Shown here in pieces: positions 23,671 to 23,951 of a stretch of 23,951 nucleotides of DNA; the stretch's first letter is position 1, and each line of letters begins with the position of its first letter. The DNA is from a virus, in IMG/VR virus record IMGVR_UViG_3300023082_000001, positions 1 to 23,951 of that record; one strand, 5' to 3'. The translations under genes and the position numbers were made by a program. The notes beneath the pieces were generated by a model. The model saw only the letters and a program-made list of their open reading frames with translations. It was not told where the DNA came from and searched no databases.

Positions 23671-23951
23671 ATGTCTCATCAATTGATTAGATTGCGTGAC
23701 AAAGTTTATAACACACCTCAATTGATGTCTTTGGTATCCTTTGAGAATATCTGTGATTATCTGGATGCTCGTTGCTCTAAAGACTTCAAGCTTGAAGATG
23801 AAGCTGATGAAAAACAAGTAACAGACCGATACTCTTTCAACAGTGACATTGGTGTTGCTGTAATGAACATTCAAGGTCCATTGACTGATAAGCCAGTCAC
23901 TATGATGGGTTTTGATTGTGGTGGTACTAGCTATCAGCAACTCAAGGAAGA
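23671..23951 (+). CDS. Prohead protease (S49 family), 5' partial
   Basis: MSHQLIRLRDKVYNTPQLM...GVAVMNIQGPLT...GGTSYQQL; follows portal; no stop before the window end. Confidence 0.75.
   Translation, partial: MSHQLIRLRDKVYNTPQLMSLVSFENICDYLDARCSKDFKLEDEADEKQVTDRYSFNSDIGVAVMNIQGPLTDKPVTMMGFDCGGTSYQQLKE

Noticed and set aside
12126-23940. - strand and alternate-frame ORFs inside right-arm genes (e.g. 14213..14800, 19225..19692, 23644..23940)
   Set aside because: Antisense to or nested in better-supported genes

Overview
AT-rich segment of a lytic tailed-phage (Caudoviricetes) genome, probably infecting a gammaproteobacterium (inferred from sigma70-type promoters and a CsrA/RsmA-consensus hairpin). 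Left arm (1-11.3 kb, all - strand): tightly packed small hypothetical genes plus dCMP deaminase, a ClpP-like protease, an HNH homing endonuclease, PhoH and a HExxH metallopeptidase-like gene. A divergent promoter region at about 11.3-11.6 kb marks the strand switch. Right arm (+ strand), in order: a 452-aa minimal family-A/T7-RNAP-like polymerase-fold protein; a structured non-coding island (13.5-14.2 kb) with tRNA-Asn(GTT) and tRNA fragments; a putative small terminase; an unannotated 54-aa membrane protein; an SGNH esterase; a second structured non-coding island (16.2-16.6 kb); a repeat-rich fibre protein; an HNH endonuclease; large terminase; portal; and the start of an S49 prohead protease. 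Best candidate for an undescribed system: the two non-coding islands share an identical 19-nt hairpin motif and each presents a predicted single-stranded anti-Shine-Dalgarno tract (TCTCCTCCTA). One tract is a perfect 12-nt complement of the ribosome-binding site of the polymerase-like gene, which suggests paralogous phage sRNAs that control translation. All structures were folded by eye and no database searches were run.
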